Shown here piece after piece: positions 13,502 through 25,759 of a DNA stretch of 64,000 bases. The notes under the pieces are model-generated. The model was not told the origin of the DNA. It saw only the letters and a list, made by a program, of their open reading frames with translations, and did not search any database. This DNA is from Lama glama (Eukaryota): positions 10,852,001 through 10,916,000 of the forward strand of contig CM052818.1 in NCBI GenBank assembly GCA_028534125.1, read 5' to 3'. Position numbers and translations under genes: made by a program. The stretch's first letter is position 1; every line of letters starts with the position of its first letter.

Positions 13502-14075
13502 TGTGTTAGTTTTTAACTGCTATTGAACAAATTAACACAAACTTTGTGGTTTAAAACAAGGGACATTTATCATCTCACACTTTCCATGGGTTGGGAATCA
13601 GGGCATGGTGTATCTAGATCCTTTGCTCAGAATCTCAAAAAGTTGTAATCAAGATACTGGCAGAGTTGCACTCTCATCAGAGACTTGACTAAGGATAGAT
13701 TTTTTTCCAGGCCCCCTCAGCTTGTTGGCAGAATCCATTTCCTTGAAGCTACTGAATTTGTGGCAGCTTATTTCATCAAGTTCAGCAGAACTGAGTCTCT
13801 AACCTTAGACATTCTTTTTAAAGGCTCACCTGATTTGGCCAGGCCTACCCAAGATAATCTCTCTTTTGATTTACTTACAGTCAGTGCTTTAATTACATCA
13901 GTAAAATCCTTCCATCTTTTCATGTAAGGTAATTTAATCACTAAGAGTACCATCCCATCACCTTTGCCATATTCTATGAATTAGAAGCAGGTGGCATGTC
14001 CTGTCGGCTTTCAAGAACAGGGGATTATATGAGGGTATGGGTCATTTAGGGGTCATCTTAGAATTCTCCCTTTCA
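13502..14075 (-). mobile_element. MaLR solo LTR, MLT1E-like
   Basis: 'tgtgttagttttt...aacaaattaacacaaactttgtggtttaaaacaa', 'ttgttggcagaatccatttccttg', 'ggggtcatcttagaattct'; possible TSD 'actat' at 13497-13501 and 14075-14079. Confidence 0.85.
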
Positions 14076-15234
14076 CTATTGTGTTCACACACATGCATCT
14101 TTATGCAGCTGAATTTACCATTTCAAGTTGAGCTGCGTTGATAATGGTTCCTAATAAAAATTCTCTTTGTAACATTGGGGCCCTCCATAGAATCCTACCT
14201 TGAAGCAAGGATTTTCTTTTGAGTTAATAGACTATACTATGAATTAGATGATGCTTTTGGTCTCAAGTTTATAAAAAGATGATACAGATTTTATTACATG
14301 GCTATAGATTGACTATGCCTATACTTTGAATTATCAGAGAGTAATTAACTTTAAGGTTATAATTTCAGAGAATCTGCAGATAATTAGTACATGCGGAACT
14401 CAGCCTGTGATTGCCTGGATGTTCTTAATAAAAGATTCTCCTCCACTCAGTTAAATCCCCCTTGAGGTGAAGCCCTCTTCCTTGAGCCACCTGTCAGGTT
14501 GCGTTCCATGCAGTTACTGTTTCAGATGCTGGGACCTGCTCACAGTGTTGCCATCCTGATTGGCTAGAGTTAACGCAGTGCTGCTCAGGGAGGGACCCCA
14601 TGGTATGCTCAGATGTTAACTCCTCTTCCCTTGCCTTGTACACCGTCTTGGCCTCTTGCCCATGAGACTTCAGCACGAGACCTGGAGTGTGCAGCCTTTA
14701 CTCTCTTCTACACTGAGAGCCTTCACTTCTCCAGGAGCTGTAGAGGTGATGTGAGTTAGCCATAGGCTTGCTTTTGTTTTCACTTCTTTCTGATGAATTC
14801 ATGTTCCCAAAGGGCCCACACAACTTAAGCAAAACAACGTGCTGTTAGTTATGCCTTCAGAAATAGAAGATTGTTTTTTCAGCCAGGCTAAAAATGATGG
14901 GAGACAGGAGTCAAAGTTGTTTTCTGGAGTGTGATAGCAAGTACAAAACTTAGACTGTCGCAATCTTTTGGACTTTCATGACTGTTATTCGTTGGGTATG
15001 TGATGTCTGGCGTTTGTTGAAAAGGCAAATGTGTATCGTTTTTATCTCTGTGAGAATTTGTTCGTTAAAATTTTAACTATGCTTAGCTGGAGAGGGAATT
15101 CATTTTTATGTTTTGATGAGATTTTCTCCCTCCTATATTTTTACCTCTCTTCTCTACTAATTTTTCCTATCACTAGATGCAAGTTTAAGGCTCTTTTAAT
15201 CTTAAAACAGACAAGCAAATAAACAAACAAAGCC

Positions 15235-15585
15235 TACATAGTCTGACGTTCCCCACCAGCTACTGCCCTGACTCATTTCTTATCTTCACAGTCAAGTTCT
15301 TCAAAGAGTCTATAAAACTCTGTCTCTTCTTTCTTACCTCTCACTTCCTCTGCAGCCTGCCCTGATCAGCCGCTACCCTTGCTGGTTCACCGAAATGGCC
15401 CTAACATTTGCCCTCATGACTTCCTGATTGTGTAATTAATGAACATCATTCAGTCGTCATCTTTTGACATCACTGACCATTCGATTCAGGCTCCTTGACT
15501 CTAAAAAACATCATGCTTCCCTGGTTTTCCGAGCTGTTAATGTCTTTTTCTCAGTGCACTTTATACTTTCCCCTCCTCTTCTTAA
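15235..15585 (+). mobile_element. L2 ORF2-region fragment
   Basis: 'cttcacagtcaagttcttcaaagag', 'cctctcacttcctc', 'caccgaaatggccct...catgacttcctgattg', 'ttccctggttttcc' resemble the L2 body. Confidence 0.6.
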
Positions 15586-15734
15586 TGCCTGCCCCCTCCC
15601 CCGCAACTCCCTCCCCCACCCCCCATGCTCACATTGTTAACTTCATAGACTCATGACTTCGTGCTTCTCTTGTCATGCTGCGTGACCTTGGGGGGATTTT
15701 TCATATACTGTGTTTTATCAATCATGTTTACCAA

Positions 15735-16780
15735 CGTCTCCCTCACCCACCAAGAGACAACTGCTACTTAAATTTTGTATGATTATTCTCTTGCTCTTCT
15801 TTATAGTTTTCCTACTTTTGTTTACCCCTGTGTATTTTACAAAATACTACAGAGTGGCCTAAACCACAGAAATGTGTTTTCTCACAGTTCTGGAAGCTAG
15901 AAGTCCAAGGTCAAGGTGTCAGCAGGTTTGGCTTCCCCCCAGGCCTCTTTCCTGGGCTTGCAGATGGCTGCCTTTTTGCTGTGTCCTCACATGGTCTTTC
16001 CTCTGCACACACATATCCCTGATGTCTGTGTCCACATTTCCTCTTCTCCTAAGGATGCCAGTCACATTGGAATAGGGCACCCCCTAATGACCTTTGAATT
16101 TGTCACCTCTTTAAATAAAGTTCCTATATTCAAATACAGTCACATTCTGAGATGCTGGGGGTTAGGGTTTCAACATATACATTTTGGTCTTTTTGAGATT
16201 TTTCTATCTATTCTATTTTTATCAGTCATCTTTTACCAATGACTCCTTTCCACATCATGAGATAACTGCTACTTAAACTTTTGTGTAAATATTTTCTTGC
16301 TTTTCTTTATAGCATTCCCACATTTGTTTATTCCCTAAGTAATATTTTGTTTATTTTTGAAATTTATACATATGGAATTTTGTTGTATATATGCTTTGGT
16401 GACTTGTTTCTTTCATCCACTGTTAGATTTAAAAAATTCATACATGCTGATACTTGTAGTTTCATTTCACTCATTTTCACCATTATTTAGTAGTCATTTT
16501 ATAAATATACAGCAATAAATATTCACCTTATGGCCTATGGATACTTATTTTTTCTAGTATTTTTGACTGTTATGAACAATGCTGCTGTAATATTCTGGCA
16601 CATATCTCTTGGTGCCCAAGAGTTTCTCTATTTAAGAGTAGAATTGTAAGATTAGAGGATATATAAATTCATCTTTACCAGGTAATACCAAACTTTTTCA
16701 AATACATTGAGTCCATTTAGTCTTCTATCAGGCGATTTAGTTAGTTTTGTTCTACACCCTCACCAACACTGGGCAGTGTT
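15735..16780 (-). mobile_element. L1ME-type 3' fragment interrupted by an MLT1A LTR
   Basis: 'gataactgctacttaaact', 'ttcatacatgctgatacttgtagtttc', 'gttatgaacaatgctgctg', 'ccctcaccaacactggg' are antisense old-L1 3' motifs on both sides of the LTR. Confidence 0.75.
15831..16187 (-). mobile_element. MaLR solo LTR, MLT1A/B-like
   Basis: 'tttctcacagttctggaagctagaagtccaaggtcaaggtgtcagcagg', 'caaatacagtcacattctgagatgctgggggttaggg'. Confidence 0.9.
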
Positions 16781-17749
16781 TCATGTTACACCCTTTCCCA
16801 TCTGCAGTTTAATATATTTTGAATCAAGTCATAAACTGTTGTATAGGAAGAAAATGGTGCCTATAGACATTGATTTTGCCATAGGGATCCTGAGGATCCC
16901 AATTCCTTATCGGATAATTAATGAAATACCAAGTTAGGCCTATTATCCATGTGATTTAATTTAATTTAATATTTTTGTGTGAGATATCCCTATTAGTGGA
17001 ATTAGAATACAGTTCAAGTCCTACTGAATATATCGAGCCAACTGCAGTTCTCGAAAACACTTTTCGTGAGAGTAAACAGTTTTTGATAATTCCATTTCAA
17101 ACAAAATTTTTTTTGGTTACACTTAAAGACACATGCATGTTGACCAAGTTATAATGGATAGCCAACATTTTTATTTACTTGTTTCCCATTCCTTTCTCAG
17201 AAGTCTTTAGAAATAGCTTAATAAAGCAAACCCAGACATTACTTTGGGAGTAATTATCAGAAGAATGTTTATCAATTGGATAAGGAGACATTCATAAAAC
17301 AGAACTTTTGGCCTAGGCCCTAATCCAGATAGGAAAGTATCCAAATGACTTAAAACTTTCAAATAGTAGAAAATGATTCTATGGAATATATCACCCATGG
17401 TCTGATTTTTTTCAGAAGACTTACAATATAAATCAAAATAGGCTATATTACTATTTTCTAAAAATGTTATGAAAATGAAATTTAGTTTATGGCTTTCTCT
17501 GTCAATTCTGAATGATGTCTTAAAAAAACTATTTGAACTTGTTTTGAACTTGATATTTCCTATTCTTATTTATTTTTTGCCCTAGGATATTTACATATTT
17601 GTCTGTTTCTCAGATAACTACTATTAATGGTAATATCTCTGTTTAAAACTAATCATATTTTTATTTTCATTTATTTGTATTTTGCAGCCGTGTAAATGTC
17701 AACCTGACACTTAATTGGTCCAAGGGGGTAGAAATGAAGATGAACTGTT

Positions 17750-17960
17750 CTGATAATATTACCATGCATTCAATATATTGCTTTACCATTTTCAAAGCAC
17801 TTCCATATACAAGTGAGGAAACTGAGGTCAATAGAGTTTAAGTGACTTGCCCAGCTGCAAAGCGACTATTCCTATTTGATAAAAAGTTAGAGATCAGAAT
17901 GATATTAGTAAGCACCAAGGCTGGAACAACAATCTTGTTCTCCTGAATCTTTCACTGGCA
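17750..17960 (-). mobile_element. MIR fragment
   Basis: 'tgaggaaactgaggtcaatagagtttaagtgacttgccca'. Confidence 0.8.
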
Positions 17961-20900
17961 CATTTTTCCCTGACATTCCAGGCCATTCTCATGAAAATGA
18001 TGAACAGCATATTGGCTGGTTCTGTTTTATACAAATTATTACTCATTGGCTAAAGATTTCACAGTGAAGTGAACTCTTTGGAAATAATAAAGATTACCAA
18101 TACTGTATACTACCATACACTTTCAGGTAAAGGTATATTTTTCTGCTTAGCCAGTTCTGTGTTTTATTTTGCATGGACAGAAATGACCTGTGTCTACCCA
18201 TGACACAGAAACAGATTTATTCATTCACCACAGTAGATAAATATAAACAGTTCTATTTTTAGGAAAAATTGCAGTGTCCAACCTTTATGAGGTTCCAGAA
18301 ACTGCTGGTTAATGGGAGATCTAAGAATAAAGCCTCAAGATTGTAATACAATGAATGGGATAATATACTAAATTTGTAAGGAAGTAGAAAAAAATAATTA
18401 CCTTTGGAGGAAGAACTGGGTATTCAGATTTACTGCTATGAGATTGCATAGCAATAGCCATACTTTGAAACTTCTACAGAAATTAGTGTTTTTCAAATAG
18501 ACTATTACTTTGAGCAGGGTGCCACACATATCACATATTTCTTTATGATATACTTGGATTAGAAGCGATAGATATGCGTAAGGCTCAGTAAAGCTCGAGG
18601 AGAGAAGCAAGCAAATGAAAAGGGGGTTGAAGAGGAAATGAAGATGGGGTTACTCCATCTGGCACTGCTGCCTTCCTCTTCTTCCCTTCTTTTTCCTGTT
18701 TCTTCTCTCTTCCACTCTCCGCTGCTAGGGCACTGGTTTGCAATTTGATCCACTTAGTTTGCCAAATGACAAGTCTCTGTCAGCCATTGTTTTACCAGAT
18801 ATGCTCCATTCATCCCTGCTTCTGCCGGCCTTTGAAAACAAGTGCCGTGGCCCTGCTCTGTTTGTTGTCAAGAATGAATGGCTCAGAGTAGGAATGTTTC
18901 CCAGACGGGAGGTGAAGGGGTCAGTCTGGACCTCTGGACATTTGCAGTGCTTAACTTGCCAGCACGTCATGTGAAAGGAGGGTGACTCCAAGCACTACTG
19001 ACGGCAGTTTGTATATATGCCGCAAAGCGCCGCTCAGATCATGAGATTGCCTGTCAGGTCATCTGCTGTGAAATCCATTATGAAAAACACCCGGAAACTG
19101 ATGCCTGACTTGAAATCCTTAGTTTACTAAATTGCAGAAATTATCTTTGGAAGGTTTTGTCACTTTTATATTTTTTTTTATAAAACAAATAATGTTTGCA
19201 GTAATGCCTCATGCAAAGTGCTAGTTGAATGAATCTGTCACTGAAACTTCAATTCCAGATTACCACACTGCAAGATCTGCTATTATAAATGAAAACACAT
19301 CTTTAGAAAGTTCACAACAGTTTGAAGTAGATGAGCTATTGAAATGCAGTAGAAAAATCTACCCTTTACAGATTAGTCAAACAGTGATTGTAGTCCAATA
19401 TGTAAACACAGTCTCACTTTATTGTCAGGGTAAAATGGTCCTTAATGTGCTACTCCAAGAGCAGGATAACATTACCTAAGCCTGCAAATAATGATATAAA
19501 TTATCTTTAAGAATTCTTTTCTTGTGAATATGGCACAGAATTCAAAAGCAAATAGAAAATTGTTGCATTACCAAACTACTAGACTTTCTTGATAAGTTTT
19601 TTTTTTTAATCTCTGCAAGCTCCAAATCACAATTTACTGGAAGAATGTTACTGAGCAGTTCTTAGGAAGCCTTTAAAAGTAAGTATTATCTCTTAAAAGG
19701 CCTACAAGAGCCACATCCTTGAAGGGACAAGATCAAATGTGAATAAGTTGTTCTCACTTCCAGTGCACTTTGCTGTTTATAGGGTGGTAGAGGGGTAGGG
19801 TCTCCTTTTTCTTTATCTGTTGTTTCTTCAGGACATTATTATTTAATGGTATTTTACTTCTAATGTGAGCTGTGCTTTTTATGTAATAAAGGTTGTATTT
19901 ACTTAGTTTGCCAAATGACAAGAAATTGTGTTAAGGAAAAAGAAATGGGACTTATAAAATGGGAAGACTGAAGAAGAGAACTTTGAGAATCTTGGACAAA
20001 TAAATCAGAAGCTTACTGGGCTTGTAATTTTTACCCTTCAGGACCAGCTCTCTACAAGATTTTATATTGAGTGTGTTTATACTCAAAATATTGAAATGAT
20101 GATTCAACTTCTGAATTTAGTAGAGTTTTGCAAGGAAAGAGAGAAGAAAAGGACTGAGCATAAGAAAGAAACTGAAAGTTCTTTTTGTATTGTGTCTAAC
20201 CTGAATCATGTCCTCAGAGGGGACATGATCACGGCTATTCATTTAGATCTCAAGGCCGGCCGTGGCACATATCGCTACTACACTTTTTTTTTTAAATCTG
20301 CATAAAGCAATTACCCCCATGGTCAGTGGCTTCAGAGCTGTCTAGACAACATGCTTCAGATGGTATCAGTGACCTCAGACACACCAGGCTAGCTCTAAAT
20401 TAGTGACGAGCAGAGCTGGTGGAATGTATTATAGTAGTTATAAACCATAAGAAGGTATTTAAATAGATAGATAAGACACATGCAAATCTTTTCATTGCCA
20501 TGACAACCATCTTGATATAGGTTTTCCATATGTAGCAAGAAGGGCAGAGCAAAAGGCACTGGAAAAATAGCAGGAACCTGTAATGAAAATGAACCCTGGT
20601 AGGGGATTAGTTTAGATCTTGGTCATTTATTAACTCCTAATGGAATACAAACTTCTGCAATAATATGCTACTCACCAAGTGAGAGAATCATTATTTTCAA
20701 ACCTCGGCTCTAAAGTTCTCAGCTATATGATTACGTCCCAGGTCCAAGTCTTCACAAATGGCTCTGACTGATGTAAGACAGGAGGGAGGGAGCAGTACCA
20801 CTGTGCTACTAAATGCAGATTCTTTGGTGCTCCCAGAGAGCTTTTCAGAGAAGGGTTCGTCCAGTTCTCAAGTGGTAGACATGGGTTTAGTTGTTTGTGT

Positions 20901-21059
20901 TGATCAGAGAATCTAAAGAACACCTAAGTGATCACATCATGAGATAGTACATTTCAATTCAAAGCAGGATGGGATTTGTTCTTGTGCAACTACTATGATG
21001 GAGCAGAAAGGAAATTCTGCCTGCCTCCCTCCCTCTTTCCACTTTGCTTCCCTCCTTTC

Positions 21060-21079
21060 TTCTCTCTCTCTCTCTCTCT
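21060..21079 (+). repeat. (TC)n microsatellite within a pyrimidine tract
   Basis: Direct reading. Confidence 0.9.
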
Positions 21080-23837
21080 GTTTTTCCTCCTGGAGTTCTT
21101 CATTTCCTCTAAGGGCCAAAGTAGTTTCAGGGCCAGCTCTAGGCCCTGGTGGTCCTCCTGTGTCCTAGGAAGCTCCCTCCATCCGTGCTTCCTCCTGCCA
21201 CAGATCTGCAGAGTGAACCCCGTCCTGCCAGCTAGCTCATCCCAGCCGTGATCCAGCCTGAGCATCTGCTCAGAGGTGAACGACGGGGGTGGGAGGACAC
21301 AGGACACCTCCAGGTTGATGCTGCATTGTCCTCTGCAGATCACAGACCTCCACGAGGCCCTGGAATCTTTGGAAATATAAATGGCAATTCTACTTGGTAC
21401 TTTTAAGGCTAAGACTGGTACTGTCGGCACCGCAGAGTCATTAAAATTCTTCAGTGAGATCTTTGTATGTACAATCAATGAATGGATTCCTTTTGACACA
21501 AACTGGCATTTCAGCACACAAGGGAACATTGATAAAAACAAGCTGGTTTATTAATTAAAGTAATAATAAATAATTCCCCCAAACTTCAATATGTTTAGTG
21601 CAAATCTTGGTGCAGTCATCCACGTTCTGAGGCTGTTTTAAAAAGTGGACTTCCTTTGTGCTCTTTCTAGCATGAAACCAGATCAAAGCCAAAAAGACCC
21701 TTTCCTATAACATAGTAACTTAAATGCTAATTTGATAGTAGCCCTTATAAGCCAGTCTATATAGGATATCATTTAAATATGGTTTGTTCAAAAACTATTT
21801 AAGTGGCAACATACTATAGCAGGAGGCAGAGACAAGAAAGGGTTAAACAAGAAGCACCCTTCAGCAAAGCACAATTTAAAATCTCATTCATCAGATTCCA
21901 CCTGTCCTTTGGAAGACATTCTAACTTTATAGAAATTGAAGACTAACCATAGCCTCGAAAACTGTTGGTATTAACACTGTAGGGCATCCTGTGTACTGGC
22001 GTCTCGGTTCCTTATCCAGAATACGTGTTCTGTCTGACAAATTTGGGGGGTGTTGTTTTGCCTTCAAGATATTCAGATGTTCCTTTTTTGACATCTGGGG
22101 TTTTAATTAACAATCTTTCCATGTATTTAAAGCAAAATGAACTTTCTCTGGCCTGGACAATGCTGTGAAGCATTTTTATTTATGAACGCCATCCCTGTCA
22201 TGTTAATTTGTACCACGTTTCTGATTTATCCTAAAAGAACACATTACACAGTGGATTTGGAGGAGTTAAAGGGAATCTACAGGGTGACTTTAATCTTTAT
22301 GTCTTTATATACTGGAGGGCATTTTACTGCCCCTCTGCACTGCTCTCACTACACAATCATTTTCTGCTTTAGAAATGTAGCCATTTGGATCAATAGTTAC
22401 AGTACAATATATTGTACTTCTGATGGGGGCCTCCTAGGACAGGAGTTAAGAAGCGCAGGCTGTGGTGATTTCACCAAATGCCTGGTTATACTCTGAAATC
22501 TATTTAAAAAAAAAGGGTTAGCACAACATACACAGAGTCAAATTTATAGGCATTCTAATGAAATTTTACTTACTCTACTTACGTATATTAAAATAAAATT
22601 AGGAAAAATGGAGTGCAAAAGAACATTTTGCAGCTTGAAAAACAGAGATTTTTAATGGGACATCAGAGCAGTAAGCAGTTAGAAGTAGCTATCTTTTGGA
22701 ATTTGTAGCTGCTGCTACCAAACACTGAGATTTTGGATTTGGTGTCTATTTCTAGATGTTGTGATGACTGAACATTTCTAATGTTGGAAAGAAAGGGGAG
22801 AAAAATCCCTGATATGGCCACAGATGTTTGAAGAGTGTGATGATGGAACAAGCAAAGATGTAAAGAAATTATATGTCTCTTAAAGTGTTAAATGTAGGCT
22901 GTGAGTTGAGGATTTTACTGTAAATTTTTAATCTATAAACAAACTGGGTTATCACAGCTGTTTATTGTACTGCTAGCCCTGATCCTAACCTTTATGTCTT
23001 TATTGCTTACATACCATTCCCTTGTTTATGTGTCTGTACCATTCGGTGCCCTTGAACTTGGTCCCTCTGAGCCCCGACCCCTGCATGCTTGCTCACTCAC
23101 TCCGCTCACGTCTGCAATCAGTAAATCTGAGACAGGCCCTGGCTGATCGCCGAGCTGCAGTAGGGCAATTAACACAGAACTAAAGTGTCATTCCTGGCAG
23201 GGTGGGGAGAGTGGCAGACCACAGATGACAGTTCTCAGTTCTGAAGCTGTGACATCCAGGCCAGACCTGGGATTATAGGGAACAAGGGGAAAAAAGGAAA
23301 GGGGGAGTGAGGAGGGTGCATTTGGGGGGAGGGGAGTGTTCCTCAAAGAAAAGCGTTGAGTGGCTGCTCTTTGAAGAATTGTTTATTCCCTGTATCAGAT
23401 TCCAGCTGTCTGACCAGTTAATTGGATGAATACCTAGAGGAAAACATTCTGTGCACTAAGTGAATTGGGGGAAATGGGCATCTTTCTTTCTCTTTAGAGG
23501 AGAAAGTGCTTTTTCTTAAAAAAAAAAATCGCCAACTCTCAATCACCTTTTAATGGTGTTCCTGCCAGACTTAGATTAAAAAAAGGAAAAGAAATACCTT
23601 TTATTAAGTGCTTGCCTCCCCCCCCACCTTTTTGCCCACTCACGGTTTCCCCTGCAGCCACCTACCTGCTCCGGCTCTGATATCTTAATAAAGTTAGTGT
23701 TGAATAGAAGCAGGCATCCAGGCAGCTGCCTGCTGAGAGGCAGCTTTGCTTTCAGCCCTCTCTGCTAAGTAGCTCTGGAGATCCACCTATACCATAAGAG
23801 AACGCTGTTCTTAGTCCTGAGGTCCAGAGGACTCCCA

Positions 23838-23856
23838 GGCCACCAGAGGGCATCGT
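23838..23856 (+). promoter_or_regulatory. Candidate CTCF binding site
   Basis: 'ggCCACCAGAGGGCATcg' matches the core CCASYAGRKGGCRS at 13 of 14 positions (23840-23853), outside any recognised repeat. Motif only, no binding evidence. Confidence 0.55.
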
Positions 23857-24042
23857 GAATCCTGAGCTTGGACATCTGGGTGTCAGCTTCTTGGGAGCTG
23901 TGCAGATCAATTTTGAAAGCAAAGTCAGCCCTACCTTGGATTGATCGCTCTCTCTCCCCTCCTTCTTCCCACTCAAGGCTTTGCTACTACTCCTGAAACG
24001 TTAGAACTTTTCATGGGTTTGCTTCCGATTGTTAGGAAACCA

Positions 24043-24290
24043 TAGTAATAGCAGCTATCACTTATCGAGTATTTCACTGATGTCAGGTGCTCTGTAGGCT
24101 GTATCTTATTTGTTTCTCACCAATAACAAATGAACAAGGAGACAAAAAACACAAAGCCTGTGTTATTCTCTTCACATTCCAGTTGAGAAAGCTGGGACTC
24201 AGAACAATCAAATATCTTGCCCAAAGTCACACGGCTATAAGAGGTCGAACCAAAGTTCAACCTATGCTGATGTCAGAAAATGTGTCCGTG
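24043..24290 (-). mobile_element. MIR SINE
   Basis: 'gagaaagctgggactcaga...tcttgcccaaagtcacacggcta'. Confidence 0.75.
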
Positions 24291-24311
24291 TCTGTCAAAA
24301 TGTGAGCCTCT

Positions 24312-24515
24312 GTCTCAAGTCTGTTCCACATTGGCTTTGAGAGCTTGAGACAGTCCCTTAATCACTCTGTGTCTCAGGTTCCTTGTCTGTAAAACAGGGG
24401 ATAATAAACCCAGTAGGGTGGTTGTGAGGATTCAGTGAGTTGATGCTGCATATATGAAGTGCATGGAGTTGTGTCTAGCACATCTTAAGAGTCCTCCAGA
24501 TGTAGTTGTTTTAGT
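24312..24515 (+). mobile_element. MIR SINE
   Basis: 'cttaatcactctgtgtctcaggttccttgtctgtaaaacaggggataata...tagggtggttgtgaggatt'. Confidence 0.85.
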
Positions 24516-25519
24516 TGTTGCTGTTGTCAGCATCGCCATCGTTGCCTTGCCTCTCTGATTATTTATAGTGAGGAGGTGAACGGATTAGCAGGTTGAGGAA
24601 GCCAGCATGGTAATTTGCACAAAACAATTTGCAATCTATAGAAGTGAGGAAGAAGGAAAATAAAGAAAAGACTTGACCTTTAGACACAAAAGGATTAATT
24701 TGTGAAGTATCATGAAATATCCATCCTGATAAATGTAGGTGATTTCAACTGTGCAGCGAGTTCACACAAGCAATGGATTGTTCAAAAGTAGCTCCTAGAC
24801 TAACTTTTTCACGTGGATGATTTGTTAGTAATGTAGCTGATAGGGCTTTGGCATTGCTGCGTCTCATACTGTACAGTCTACTATGTGGTTGTGAAGTGAA
24901 TGCAGTGTTTTCAGACTCTGCCTTATAAACATTGGAATGAGCATCTTGTCAAGGAAGATAAGATTCAGATTCTGAATGTACACTTGATAGTGTGATGCTC
25001 TGTATTAGCACTAAGCGGATTGTAGAACCCATTTTAAGGATGAGGTGATGGAATAGTTAAGAGCTGTGATGGTTTCCCATCTGTCCCAAGGGACAAACCA
25101 GCCTCCTGGTTCCTCACTTTTCACATCACACCACACCATCCATACACCTCTATATTTTCTAACAATATGTAGAACTCAAGAAGTGACAGGTGTGCTCAGT
25201 ATTTATTGCAATATCAATATTGGTGTCATGAAGCACTCAGAATGAAAAGAAAATAATTATTAGTTACTATTCTGTAGCAAAACTAAGCAAGAAATCCTGA
25301 AATTCTGATTTCAGCTCTGAAGTCACTAAGGACTACTCCTTAAAAAATGGCACTGCTAGGAATCTGCCCTTAATGCATGTATTCATGTTTGTATTTTTAT
25401 TGCCTTTGAAGAATTCTGAATGTGCCCATGGTTTAACTGAAGGGCATCACAATTGAATATCCCTTTACCTCATCCCCAGGCCTCTGCTAATTCTACTCTT
25501 ACTTTGAACTCTATTTCCC

Positions 25520-25750
25520 TGACAGATGATAGGTGTTTTTCATAAAAAAAAATCCTGTGACTAAATAAGTTTGGGGAATTCTAAATGGCGCGGTGCCTTC
25601 TTAGAGACTCATGGCAACCATTATTATATTTGATTTATAAAATGATCCAAAAGAAGAAAACTCTTTAAGTTTGGTTGGCCTAGCATTGCCTAATCTTATT
25701 TAACCATAGGATTATTTTCTAGAATAACAGCACATAACTGTAGCAGAATT
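25520..25750. mobile_element. hAT-Charlie (Charlie4-like) fragment
   Basis: Inverted subterminal motifs 'cctgtgactaaataagtttgggga' and 'ttgcctaatcttatttaaccatagg'. Confidence 0.55.
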
Positions 25751-25759
25751 GTTTGCTGA

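Noticed and set aside
15752..16335. ~75-bp imperfect direct repeat flanking the MLT1A LTR
   Set aside because: Both copies look like L1ME 3'-region sequence; too long and diverged for an LTR TSD, and best explained by internal repetition of the old L1.
20993..21541. Longest ORF in the track (182 aa, minus strand)
   Set aside because: Non-ATG start, C-terminus is a translated (GA)n microsatellite, no recognisable domain or exon structure.
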